From Candidatus Omnitrophota bacterium (GTDB lineage: Bacteria > Omnitrophota > Gorgyraeia > Aquiviventales > Aquiviventaceae): a stretch of 64,000 bases of DNA. Where the stretch lies: the NCBI GenBank assembly GCA_016180575.1, contig JACPAY010000001.1:857-64856 (forward strand), written 5' to 3'. The position numbers were made by a program, and so were the translations under genes. Under the pieces are notes generated by a model. The model saw only the letters and a list, made by a program, of their open reading frames with translations, was not told the DNA's origin and searched no databases. The first letter of the stretch is position 1; each line of letters begins with the position of its first letter. Below are positions 9,091 through 17,657 of the stretch, piece by piece.

Positions 9091-10038
9091 TCAGTCGACG
9101 ATCGTCACGTCCGTCCCCACGGGGATGATGTCGAAGAGCTCCTCGACGTCGCTGTTGGTCATCCGCACGCACCCCGCGGTCACGCGCTGCCCGATGGCGT
9201 CGGGGTCCACCGAGCCGTGGATGCCGTAGCCCTTCTTGTCGATGCCGAGCCACCGCGTGCCGAGGATGTTCTCGGGGCTCTCCGGCGGCACCACGGCCCC
9301 CTGCTTGTACCACACGGGGTCCGGGATGCGGTTGACGACCTTGAACGTCCCGACCGGCGTGGGGGAGTCCTCCTTGCCGGTCGCCACGCGGTAGGTCTTC
9401 ACGAACTGGTCGTTTTCGGTCAGGAGCAGCTGGTTCTGCGACTTGTCCACCACGACGCTGAACGTGCCTTTGGGGATCTTCAGCTTCTGGCCGGGGCGGA
9501 TGATGTCGCCCTGGAGCCCGTTGGCCCGCCTGACGAACTCCACCGTCGTCCGGTAGGAGGAAGCGATCTTCCCCAGGGTGTCGCCGGGCCGGACGACGTG
9601 CACCGTGTCGAGCTCCGTCACGATGGGCGAGAACAGGAGGGCGACGTTCACGTTGCCAAGGCGGACCTGCGTCTTGGCCAGCAGCGGCGATTCCGGGAAC
9701 CGCTCCAACAGCATCCGGTACATCGCCCGGGCCTCCACCAGCTGCTGCTGGCCCTCGTAGACCTCGCCGAGCCTCAGGAGCGCGTCATCCGCCCAGGGCG
9801 ACTCCGGAAAGGTGGCGATCAGCTCCTCAAGATGCGCCTGCGCCTCCGGCAGGTTGCCCTGCTGCTGGGCCCAGGACGCCTTCGCGAGCAGCCGCTTCGC
9901 CTTTCCTCCCAGGAATCCCTGCTGGCTGGCGAACACCAGCAGCCCGATGCCGAGCATCGCCGCACCGCCACCCGCCACTCCGATCAGCAACCGTCGACGC
10001 ATTCCGCTCCCCCGTTCCTCCCCCCGCTCCACACTCAC
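9091..10038 (-). CDS. L,D-transpeptidase with LysM and TPR-like regions
   Basis: 315 aa. The LysM domain reads VVRPGDTLGKIASSY...GQKLKIP. The YkuD domain reads YGIHGS...VTAGCVRMTNSDVEEL, containing the catalytic Cys. The GTG start overlaps the upstream stop (GTGA). An alternative ATG lies at 10002. Confidence 0.85.
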   Translation of the reverse strand: MSVERGEERGSGMRRRLLIGVAGGGAAMLGIGLLVFASQQGFLGGKAKRLLAKASWAQQQGNLPEAQAHLEELIATFPESPWADDALLRLGEVYEGQQQLVEARAMYRMLLERFPESPLLAKTQVRLGNVNVALLFSPIVTELDTVHVVRPGDTLGKIASSYRTTVEFVRRANGLQGDIIRPGQKLKIPKGTFSVVVDKSQNQLLLTENDQFVKTYRVATGKEDSPTPVGTFKVVNRIPDPVWYKQGAVVPPESPENILGTRWLGIDKKGYGIHGSVDPDAIGQRVTAGCVRMTNSDVEELFDIIPVGTDVTIVD

Positions 10039-10487
10039 GGCCGCAAGGCCAGCGCCGTCACCACCCCCACCCCCACGCCCGCGAGCACCTCGACCGGCGT
10101 GTGCCCCAGCAGCTCTTTCAGGCGCTGCTCCTGCTGGATCCGGCGCTTGAAATAGATGTCTTCCAGCATCCGGTTCAGGATCCGGGCCTGCAGCCCGCTC
10201 CAGCGGCGGACCCCTTGGGCGTCGAAGAGGGTGATGACGGTGAAGGCGATGGCGGTGGCGAAGAGGGGGGAATCAAAGCCGGCCCGGAGGCCGACGGCCA
10301 GGCTGAGGGCGGTCACCCCGGCGGCGTGGGTGCTGGGCATGCCGCCGGTGCCGATGAGCCAGCGGAAGTCAAAGCGGCGAAGGCGGATGGTCCCCAGGAG
10401 GATCTTGATGCCCTGGGCGAGGAGACAGGCCAACAACCAGGACAGCAACACCTGGTTCGCCCACCAGGCGTTGGGTGTGGAACTCAT
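10035..10487 (-). CDS. divergent PAP2 family membrane protein (DUF212-like)
   Basis: 150 aa. GGMPSTHAAGVTAL...FDAQGVRR...LKELLGHTPVEV matches the acid phosphatase/vanadium-haloperoxidase-related DUF212 pattern. Confidence 0.75.
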   Translation of the reverse strand: MSSTPNAWWANQVLLSWLLACLLAQGIKILLGTIRLRRFDFRWLIGTGGMPSTHAAGVTALSLAVGLRAGFDSPLFATAIAFTVITLFDAQGVRRWSGLQARILNRMLEDIYFKRRIQQEQRLKELLGHTPVEVLAGVGVGVVTALALRP

Positions 10488-10498
10488 GCGCGACTGGA

Positions 10499-11107
10499 CT
10501 ACTGCGACTGCGGCTCCAGGACGTGCACCAGCAGTCTCGGGCTGGCGCCCAGGGTGGATTTGCCCTGCTTGACGACGTAGCCGCGATTGCCGGATGCGAG
10601 CTGGGCCTCATCGCGCTCCCGCTGGCGCTGGGCCCGCGCCCGCCAGTTGGCCCATCGCTCCGCCCACATCTTCTGCTTGACGTCACGAATGGCCAGCCGG
10701 AGCTCCTTCAGAGAGGACAGCTTGGCCTCAAGCGCCTGCTTTTCGCTCGCGGCCTGCTCCAGCTGCGCGGTCAGCGAGGTGTTCTCCTGCCGCAGCTTCG
10801 CATGTTCCCGCTGCAGGGAGGCGATCTGGTCGGTCGTCTCCCGAAGCCGCTCCTGGACGGCCACCAGCTCCACCTGGAGGCTCTGGACGTTGCCCGCCTG
10901 AGTCTCTGTCGTCTGCCGGGCGGTCCCAAGCTCCGAGCTGAGCTGCTCGCGCTCCGCGGTGAGCTGCTGGATGAGCTGCTGCGCCTCTTCGTACGTCTTG
11001 GCGACCTGCAGGCGCTGGCGCTCTGCCGCCGTGGTCCGCCACAGGCTGGCAGCCAACAGGATCCCCAGCACCACTAAGACTACCCGTCCTCTCTGCTGTG
11101 AGGGCAT
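10499..11107 (-). CDS. membrane-anchored coiled-coil protein, unknown function
   Basis: 202 aa. One N-terminal TM helix is followed by a long Gln/Glu/Leu-rich heptad-like region. Confidence 0.55.
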   Translation of the reverse strand: MPSQQRGRVVLVVLGILLAASLWRTTAAERQRLQVAKTYEEAQQLIQQLTAEREQLSSELGTARQTTETQAGNVQSLQVELVAVQERLRETTDQIASLQREHAKLRQENTSLTAQLEQAASEKQALEAKLSSLKELRLAIRDVKQKMWAERWANWRARAQRQRERDEAQLASGNRGYVVKQGKSTLGASPRLLVHVLEPQSQ

Positions 11108-11309
11108 CGGATTCTCCTTGACCTGAAAAGGTCGTTTGTGGTAGCAGAGTATACTCCTCTCCGTCCGGGATTACAAGGATTTTTCACCCCATGCTGGCCC
11201 GGACGACCTCCCACGCCACCATCGCCTGGTCCCGCTAAAAATCTAGACTCATCGATTCGCACGAAGTGACGCGTTTCTGTTGCAGTTCTGCACACCTCCG
11301 AGCCACTTC

Positions 11310-11374
11310 TGTATCATAACTTCACGTTACATATTGTGTATCATAATGTTACGACTACTAAGTATGGTATACTT
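11310..11374. promoter_or_regulatory. candidate operator region: direct repeats plus a 15-bp palindrome
   Basis: TGTATCATAA occurs at 11310-11319 and 11337-11346. The perfect palindrome AAGTAT-GGT-ATACTT lies at 11360-11374, about 25 nt upstream of the REC-REC gene, in an AT-rich 290-bp divergent intergenic region. Confidence 0.35.
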
Positions 11375-11400
11375 CGTACAGGAAAGCTGAGGGGTTGCCC

Positions 11401-12219
11401 ATGCGGAGCAACGGTCTGAGAAAGACCAACCCGAAGCCGACGCGACCGATCCTGGTGGTGGAAGAGGATCTGGGATTGCGTGAGCGGCTGTTCGACGTGC
11501 TGACGCGCTACGGTCACGTCGTGATCACGGTCCATTCCGGCGAGCGCGCCATGGCCGTGCTGAAGCATGACTGGCCTGGCGTCATCCTGGTGGATGCAAC
11601 GCTCTCCGATACGAGCTGCTGGGAGCTTGCCGACCGCATCCATGCCTTCGACGCCCACCTGCCCATCATCTTGCTCGGCGATCCCCACCAGGCGCCGACA
11701 GGGACCCGCGCGGCCCCCGCAGTCCAGGCCGCCCTTCCCCGCGACGTCGCGGAGGACCTCCTCCTCATGGAGATCGACCGGTGGCTCAGCGCCCCGCAGC
11801 CGACCCGGCAGGAGCGCTGGCCGGGCGCCGTGCTCGTCGTGGATGACGAGCCCAAGCTGCGCCACACCCTGCGGGAGTTCCTGGAGCTGCATGGCTTCAC
11901 CGTCCTGACCGCCGCCTCCGGCGAGGATGCGCTGCGCTGCATCGAGCAATCCCCTCCGACCACCGTGCTGCTGGACATCAAAATGCCCGGCATGGACGGC
12001 CTCTTGACCCTCAAGAAGATCAAGTCCCTGCAGCCCAAGGCGGTGGTCATCATGATGACCAGCCTCGAAGAAGAGGCGCTCGTCAAGCAGGCCTTCGCGC
12101 TGGGGGCATCCGACTACTTCCTGAAGCCGTTTGACCTCGAGGGCCTGGAGAGCAACCTCCTGAGCCGGATCCTGCTCGGCGAGTCGGGGACAGGTCCTTG
12201 CGGGACCAGTCCCCTCTAG
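11401..12219 (+). CDS. tandem receiver (REC-REC) response regulator without an output domain
   Basis: The track ORF (TTG at 11395) was trimmed to the ATG at 11401, which follows a GAGGGG SD. The first REC is divergent (ILVVEEDLG...ILVDATL). The second is canonical (VLVVDDEP...LLDIKMPGMDG...MMTS...DYFLKP). Confidence 0.8.
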   Translation: MRSNGLRKTNPKPTRPILVVEEDLGLRERLFDVLTRYGHVVITVHSGERAMAVLKHDWPGVILVDATLSDTSCWELADRIHAFDAHLPIILLGDPHQAPTGTRAAPAVQAALPRDVAEDLLLMEIDRWLSAPQPTRQERWPGAVLVVDDEPKLRHTLREFLELHGFTVLTAASGEDALRCIEQSPPTTVLLDIKMPGMDGLLTLKKIKSLQPKAVVIMMTSLEEEALVKQAFALGASDYFLKPFDLEGLESNLLSRILLGESGTGPCGTSPL

Positions 12220-12228
12220 AGGAGCGCC

Positions 12229-13290
12229 ATGGAGCAGCCCCGCCGCACCGCGTTCTCGTGGTGGCTCCTGAAGCTCTACCGGCAGCCCGCGGCGTTCTTC
12301 GCGCTTCTCCTCGTGATTCCCTCGGCCGCCGTGTGCCTGTGGCTGTACGCGGTGAACGAACGCCAGTGGCGGACCCAGGAAGGGCAGGACCTGCTGGTGG
12401 CCGCCCGGCTGGCGGCCCGGATCATCGAGGAGGAGCTGACGCGGACCCGCGAGATCGCCGACGCCGTCGCGGGGCGGCCCGCGTTCACGGACGCGTTCAG
12501 GCGGCAGGACCGGCCGGCGCTGACCGCCGCCCTGCGCCTCCTGGTGGACGTGACCCCGGCCATCGACCGCGTCATGGCGATCGACCCCGCCGGCCGCCTC
12601 TTGGCCGAGGTCCCGGCGCGCGCCGCCGCGGAGCCGCCCTTCCCGGATCCGTCCGATCAGCCGCCGGCCGACGGGACGCAGCCGGTTTCAGGGGTCTATC
12701 TCCGCGACCAGGCCTCCGGGGAAAAGGTCGTGGGCGTCTCGAGCGTGGTGCGGGAGGGCGAGGACGCGCTTGGCGTCCTTCAGGTGCAATACCGCCTCCA
12801 ACGCCTCTCGCGATGGCTGGAGAAGGTCCGCATTGAGCCGGCCGGGTTCCTCTACGTGGCGGACCGGCAGGGGTTCTTGGTCGCCTATCCGTTCCAGCTG
12901 CTTCCGGGAAAACCCAAGGACGTCTCCGGATGGGCCCCGGTCTCGCGGGAGGTCTCGGCGCAGCGGCCGCTGATCCGGTTTCAGCAGGGGCATCCGGCGC
13001 GCGCGTGGACGGCTGCGGTCGTCGCCATCGATCCCTTCGGGTGGCGGGTCGTGGCCCAGCAGCCCGACGCGGCGATGCTCCAGCCGTTTCGCCACCTCGT
13101 GTGGTCGTTTGGGTGCCTGCTCCTCCTGATCGCGGGCGGATTCGGAAGCCTCGGCTTGCGATGGGCCCGCCTGCACAGGGCGACGCTCCGGTTGGTGGCG
13201 CAGCAGGCGCGGCTCCTGAGCCTCAGCGAGCAGCGCCGCCTGATGGACACCCTTCGTCGATCCGAACCCAAGAGACCCAACGATGCCTAG
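12229..13290 (+). CDS. membrane sensor-like protein (Cache/PDC-like periplasmic domain, no output domain)
   Basis: 353 aa. Two TM helices bracket a ~260 aa extracytoplasmic region with Cache-like segments (GFLYVADRQGFLVAYP...). A short coiled tail follows, and there is no kinase, MCP or GGDEF domain. Confidence 0.5.
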   Translation: MEQPRRTAFSWWLLKLYRQPAAFFALLLVIPSAAVCLWLYAVNERQWRTQEGQDLLVAARLAARIIEEELTRTREIADAVAGRPAFTDAFRRQDRPALTAALRLLVDVTPAIDRVMAIDPAGRLLAEVPARAAAEPPFPDPSDQPPADGTQPVSGVYLRDQASGEKVVGVSSVVREGEDALGVLQVQYRLQRLSRWLEKVRIEPAGFLYVADRQGFLVAYPFQLLPGKPKDVSGWAPVSREVSAQRPLIRFQQGHPARAWTAAVVAIDPFGWRVVAQQPDAAMLQPFRHLVWSFGCLLLLIAGGFGSLGLRWARLHRATLRLVAQQARLLSLSEQRRLMDTLRRSEPKRPNDA

Positions 13291-13858
13291 ACCCCGCGCC
13301 GTGCGCCGCTGCCGCGTCACCCATTGGATCGGGCTGATCGTCTGCGCGGTCTCCTCCGTGATCGCCTGCCAGGAGGCCTTCGGCTTCGAGCGGGCGGTGC
13401 GGACCCGGATCGCCAACTATGAGGAGGCCCCGGTGAGCCTTCGGGCGGCGTCGACCCAGCTCGTCCGGACCTACGACAATCCCAACCAAATCTCCCTCGC
13501 GGCGCTGGAGGGGGGTGACCGGCAGGTGAAGCGCAGCCGGGTGCAGTACATCAACCGGCTCAATCAACAGGCGGCAACGTATCTCCTCGAAGGGGAGCTT
13601 GAGCTGCGCAATCAGACGCGCAAGGACATCGCGGCCCTGCAGATCACCACCGTCTTCCTCAACGCCTTCCGCGAACGGATCGGCACGGAGCGGCAGTCGC
13701 TCTCCGAGCCCCTGCGGCCCGGCCAAACCAAGCAGGTCCGGTGGTCCCGCGGGCTGCCCTATCAGGACGTCTTCGAGCTGTACGTGATCGTCACCGCGGT
13801 CCGGTTCAGCGACGGCACCGTGTGGTCGCCCGCCGACGAGCTGATCCTGCTGCCCTGA
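13283..13858 (+). CDS. putative secreted protein or lipoprotein, unknown function
   Basis: 191 aa. The signal-like N-terminus ends in ...SSVIAC. It overlaps the upstream ORF by 8 nt. Confidence 0.5.
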   Translation: MPRPRAVRRCRVTHWIGLIVCAVSSVIACQEAFGFERAVRTRIANYEEAPVSLRAASTQLVRTYDNPNQISLAALEGGDRQVKRSRVQYINRLNQQAATYLLEGELELRNQTRKDIAALQITTVFLNAFRERIGTERQSLSEPLRPGQTKQVRWSRGLPYQDVFELYVIVTAVRFSDGTVWSPADELILLP

Positions 13859-13888
13859 GGATAAGCCATCCAGACGCTTGACCGGCCG

Positions 13889-15580
13889 GTGGGCCGTGCC
13901 GTAAGATGCGGCCATCGGGGCCTTCACCTGTCGGACACCCACACGACTTCTCACGCCGAAACGATCCGGCGGTTGAGCGGGCTCATCGCGCTGGCCGCCC
14001 TGCTCGTCTTCGCCAACTGCCTGCTGAATGCGTTTGTGTGGGATGACGAGCAGTTTATCGTCAAGAACGCCTTCCTCGGTTCGCCGCGCTTCCTCCTCAA
14101 GCTGCTGACGGAGAACGTCGTCTCGGGGGCGGGCCTCGTGAGCAACCTCTACCGGCCCTTCCAGTCGCTGACCCATTTCTTCGACGTCCAGCTCTGGGGC
14201 TCCCGCGCCTGGGGCCACCACCTGACGACGGTGCTCCTCCACGCCGCGGCCTCCGTTGCCGTCTTCCGGCTCCTCGCGCGGCTCTTCGCCCCGTGGCCGG
14301 CGGCGCTGGCCGCCCTGCTCTTCTCGCTCCACCCGCTCCAGTCCGAGGCGGTCGCGTACACCTGCGGCCGCGGCGACACGCTGGCGATCCTCTTCCTCTG
14401 TCTGGGCTTGCTGGCCTTCCGCGCCCGCCGGGGCTTGAGCCTGGCCTGCGCCGCGCTCTCGGTCGCCTCCAAGGAGCACGGGGTGCTGTTTCCCGCCTTC
14501 CTCTTCCTCTACGACCGCGCCCTGGGGCGTCCGGCGCCCTTCAGGCGGCACCTGCCGTTCTGGCTGCTCTCGGCGGGCTACATCGCCGCCAGGCTGACGG
14601 TCTTGAATTTCAAGGACACGCTGAACTTCTACGGCCAGCCCAACCTCCTGACGGAGCACGTGTCGGTCCGGCTGTACACCTATCTCACGACGCTGGCGAA
14701 GGGGCTTCTGCTGTGGGTCTGGCCGGCCGACCTGCACCATGAACGATCGTGGCCTGTCTTCACGAGCCTCGCCATCCCGCAGGTCTGGCTGTCGCTGCTC
14801 CTGGTGGCCGCCCTGCTCGGGTGGTCGCTGCGGCTGCGCGCGCGCAGCCGGCCGGCCGCGATCGGCCTCTGGTGGTTTGTCATCGCCACGCTGCCCACCT
14901 CGAACCTCATCGTCCTCATCAACGCCGTCTTCTACGATCACTGGTTCATCCTGCCCGGCCTGGGCCTGGCCATGGCGGCCGGCCAGGCGCTGGAGCGGGC
15001 CTTCGCGCGCGGAGGGAGGGTGCGGGGGGCCGCGGCGGCGTTCAGCGTCGGCGCCGTCGTCGCGTGCGCGATGCTCACCGTGCGCGCCAACGGCGTCTGG
15101 CGCGATCCCATCTCGCTCTATACCCACATCCTCTTCTGGGAGCCGCGCTCGGCCAAGATCCACAACAACCTCGCCATGGCCTACAACGAGGCCGGTCGGG
15201 AGCAGGAGGCGATCGCCCTGTACCAGCGGGCGATCGCGTTGAGCGATGCGTACCCGCAGACCCACCACAACCTCGCCAACGCCTATCTCAGGAGGGGGGA
15301 TGAAGACCGCGCCCTGGAAGAGTTCGGGCGGGCGGTCGCGATGGATCCCCACTTCCACCACTCCTGGCTTCAGATCGGCGCTATCCGTCTCAAGGCGGGC
15401 CAGCCTGCGGCGTCGGCCGAGGCCTTCGCGCGGGCCGTCCACGCCTACCCCTATGCCGCCGAGGCCTACCTTGGATTAGCGGAGGCGTACCGGGCGCAAG
15501 GCAAGCCGGACGCCGCCCGGACGGTGCTCGCCTGGGGACGTGCGGCGCTGCCCGACCATCCTGCGCTCCAGGCCCCCTAA
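13889..15580 (+). CDS. polytopic membrane protein with C-terminal TPR repeats (DUF1736/TMTC-like)
   Basis: 563 aa. It reads ...FANCLLNAFVWDDEQFIVKN, has many TM helices, and ends in TPR units (NLAMAYNEAGREQEAIALYQRAIAL...). The GTG start is uncertain. Confidence 0.7.
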   Translation: MGRAVRCGHRGLHLSDTHTTSHAETIRRLSGLIALAALLVFANCLLNAFVWDDEQFIVKNAFLGSPRFLLKLLTENVVSGAGLVSNLYRPFQSLTHFFDVQLWGSRAWGHHLTTVLLHAAASVAVFRLLARLFAPWPAALAALLFSLHPLQSEAVAYTCGRGDTLAILFLCLGLLAFRARRGLSLACAALSVASKEHGVLFPAFLFLYDRALGRPAPFRRHLPFWLLSAGYIAARLTVLNFKDTLNFYGQPNLLTEHVSVRLYTYLTTLAKGLLLWVWPADLHHERSWPVFTSLAIPQVWLSLLLVAALLGWSLRLRARSRPAAIGLWWFVIATLPTSNLIVLINAVFYDHWFILPGLGLAMAAGQALERAFARGGRVRGAAAAFSVGAVVACAMLTVRANGVWRDPISLYTHILFWEPRSAKIHNNLAMAYNEAGREQEAIALYQRAIALSDAYPQTHHNLANAYLRRGDEDRALEEFGRAVAMDPHFHHSWLQIGAIRLKAGQPAASAEAFARAVHAYPYAAEAYLGLAEAYRAQGKPDAARTVLAWGRAALPDHPALQAP

Positions 15581-15659
15581 AAAAGGTACCGGTTCCTATT
15601 TTTCTCTAAGCCATTGCGCCGCAATGGCCAAGTGAAAAATAGGAACCGGTACTATTTTT
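15580..15659. terminator. long nested hairpin between convergent genes
   Basis: AAAAAGGTACCGGTTCCTATTTTT ... AAAAATAGGAACCGGTACTATTTTT, with the inner palindrome GCCATTGCG-C-CGCAATGGC. A/T runs sit on both sides. The right arm overlaps the last codons of cysH. Confidence 0.55.
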
Positions 15660-16377
15660 GGCGCGGTTTTCCCTTTCCGATGTCGTGGATGCCGCACTCG
15701 GTCTTGTCCTGGCCGGCCCAGCGGCCCGAGCGCGGGTTGTTTGGATCGACAGGCGGCTGGGTGTGGAGGGCGCAGCCGATCGAGGTGTAGCCGCGGGCCC
15801 ACAGTGGGTGGAACGGCAGCCGGTGCTCCTCCATGTAGGCGAGAAGCTGCTTGGCGGTCCAGCCGGCGATCGGCGCGACCTTCGTCACCCCGTTTTCGAG
15901 CGCCTCGACGATGGGCGTGTGGCGCCGCGTGGGTGTTTCCTCGCGCATGAGCCCGGTGATCCAGCAGCGCACCCCGGCCAGCGCGCGCTCCGTCGTCTCG
16001 ACCTTGTACTCGCCGCAGCAGTAGCGGTCGTCGATTGGCCGGACGGCGTGCTCCCGCTTGAGCCGGTCGATCTCCTGAGCCGACAGCCGGGTGCGGAACA
16101 CCTGGACGTTCAGTCGGAAGCGGCGCTTCAGGTGCTCCAGGAACTGCAGCGTCTCCGGGAAATGGAAGCCGGTGTCGACGAACCGGATGCTGATGGCGGG
16201 GTCCACCTGGACCGCCATGTGGATGAGCGCGGCGCTGTCCGCGCCGAAGGAGGAGGTGAGCGCCGCGTCCGGGCGGAACGTCTCCACCGCCCACCGGATG
16301 ATCTCGGAGGGGTGGGCGCGCTCAAACGCGGCGTTGCGCCGCTTCAGCTCTTGAGGGGTCATGCGGGATCCACCCAT
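15652..16377 (-). CDS. cysH: phosphoadenosine/adenosine phosphosulfate reductase
   Basis: 241 aa. [12 protein letters not shown]...[10 protein letters not shown]...SIGCALHTQ...KTECGIH shows the PAPS_reduct fold with the conserved C-terminal ECG(I/L)H. Confidence 0.85.
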   Translation of the reverse strand: MGGSRMTPQELKRRNAAFERAHPSEIIRWAVETFRPDAALTSSFGADSAALIHMAVQVDPAISIRFVDTGFHFPETLQFLEHLKRRFRLNVQVFRTRLSAQEIDRLKREHAVRPIDDRYCCGEYKVETTERALAGVRCWITGLMREETPTRRHTPIVEALENGVTKVAPIAGWTAKQLLAYMEEHRLPFHPLWARGYTSIGCALHTQPPVDPNNPRSGRWAGQDKTECGIHDIGKGKPRQK

Positions 16378-16888
16378 GCCGTTCGAGGTACTCGAGAATC
16401 GCGCGGAGGCTTTCCGCTTCGCTCTGGCGCTCCGAGTCCACGGTGATCTCCGGGTTGAGCGGCGGCTCGTAGGGGTCGGAGATGCCGGTGAAGTTCTTCA
16501 CCTCGCCGGCCAGCGCCTTCTTGTAGAGACCCTTGACGTCGCGGCGCGTCAGCGCCTCGATGGAGCAGGTGACGTACACCTCGATGAACTGGCCGATCTC
16601 GGCGCGGTTGTGGTCGCGGACCTCCCGGTAGGGCGAGATGGCCGCGCTGATGGCGACGACGCCGTTGCGGGTCAGCAGCTTGCAGACATAGCCGATCCGC
16701 TTGATGTTCGTGTCGCGGTCCTCCTTGCTGAAGCCGAGGCCCTTGCTGAGGTTGGTCCGGACCTCATCCCCGTCCAGGATCTCCACGTTCAACCCTCGGC
16801 GCCGCAGCTCCGCGGCCACGTGCTCGGCCAGCGTGGACTTGCCGGCGCCGGATAATCCCGTGAACCACAAGGTGAACCCTTTCTGCAT
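16322..16888 (-). CDS. cysC: adenylylsulfate kinase
   Basis: The track ORF 16322..17293 was trimmed to the ATG at 16888. [21 protein letters not shown] carries the P-loop, and ...[26 protein letters not shown] is typical APS kinase. It overlaps the cysH start by about 40-56 nt. Confidence 0.9.
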   Translation of the reverse strand: MQKGFTLWFTGLSGAGKSTLAEHVAAELRRRGLNVEILDGDEVRTNLSKGLGFSKEDRDTNIKRIGYVCKLLTRNGVVAISAAISPYREVRDHNRAEIGQFIEVYVTCSIEALTRRDVKGLYKKALAGEVKNFTGISDPYEPPLNPEITVDSERQSEAESLRAILEYLERHGWIPHDPSRAEAAQRRV

Positions 16889-17002
16889 GGACCGCTCCGC
16901 TCCTTCGCCATCGGTGACGAGCAAGCCGGGACCGACACGCCGATCCCGGCTGACACGGCCTTTATTATAGCACGGCGGGGGGTCGCCAGGTAGAATAGCG
17001 GG

Positions 17003-17242
17003 ATGGATGCCCAGCCCAAGCCCCGCTGGTACTACAACGTCTGGTTCGTGCTCTTCATGCTCTTCTTCGTCGTGGGGCCCTTCGGGCTGCCGCTCGTCTG
17101 GAAGAATCCGAGGATGTCCCGGGGCGTCAAACTCGTCCTGACCGCGGTGATGATAGCCTACACCGTCCTGCTGGTCGACATGACCCGCCGCATGTTCCAG
17201 GCCGTCATGAACGAGTTCAACCAGTTGAATTCGGCCCTGTAG
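17003..17242 (+). CDS. small membrane protein, unknown function
   Basis: 79 aa with two hydrophobic helices. TAGAAT lies at 16991-16996, exactly 6 nt upstream of the ATG. Confidence 0.5.
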   Translation: MDAQPKPRWYYNVWFVLFMLFFVVGPFGLPLVWKNPRMSRGVKLVLTAVMIAYTVLLVDMTRRMFQAVMNEFNQLNSAL

Positions 17243-17654
17243 GTCCCCCGGCGCCGCCATCCTCTTGCGCGGCCAGCGCCAAGGCGCCCTCAATCCTCCG
17301 CAAGAGGTCCTTCGTCTCGAACGGCTTATCGAGGTGGAAGACCGCCCCCAACTTGAAGGACATCGCGATGTCCTGGTCGGATCCTTTGGCCGTCAGCATC
17401 AGGACGGGGATGATCTTGGTGTCGGGGTCGCGCTTGAGGCAACGAAGCGTCTCGTAGCCGTCCATCTTCGGCATCATGATGTCGAGCAGGATGACGTCCG
17501 GGTGCTCCGCCTTGGCCAGGACGAGTCCCTCCTCGCCGCCCGGCGCGGTGAGCACGTGGTAGCCCGAGCGCTCCAGCAGCAGCTTGGTGATCTTCCGGCC
17601 GCTGGCTTCGTCGTCGATCATCAGGACGACCCGCCTGGGCCTGGCCGCTTCCAT
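17217..17654 (-). CDS. single-domain response regulator (CheY-like)
   Basis: 145 aa. VVLMIDDEA...[12 protein letters not shown]...MLTAKG...HLDKPF. Confidence 0.85.
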   Translation of the reverse strand: MEAARPRRVVLMIDDEASGRKITKLLLERSGYHVLTAPGGEEGLVLAKAEHPDVILLDIMMPKMDGYETLRCLKRDPDTKIIPVLMLTAKGSDQDIAMSFKLGAVFHLDKPFETKDLLRRIEGALALAAQEDGGAGGPTGPNSTG

Positions 17655-17657
17655 GTC

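Noticed and set aside
9074-9313. An 80-aa N-terminal extension of the accA ORF in the track.
   Set aside because: The extension is Arg/Gly/His-rich, overlaps the L,D-transpeptidase gene, and precedes the canonical AccA N-terminus MNGYRYDFEKPI.
13223-15442. A 739-aa ORF on the minus strand, the longest in this region.
   Set aside because: It is antisense to three well-supported plus-strand genes (sensor-like, lipoprotein and TPR membrane protein). It has Arg/Gly/Pro/Glu-rich low-complexity composition and no motifs. This is a typical shadow ORF of high-GC DNA.
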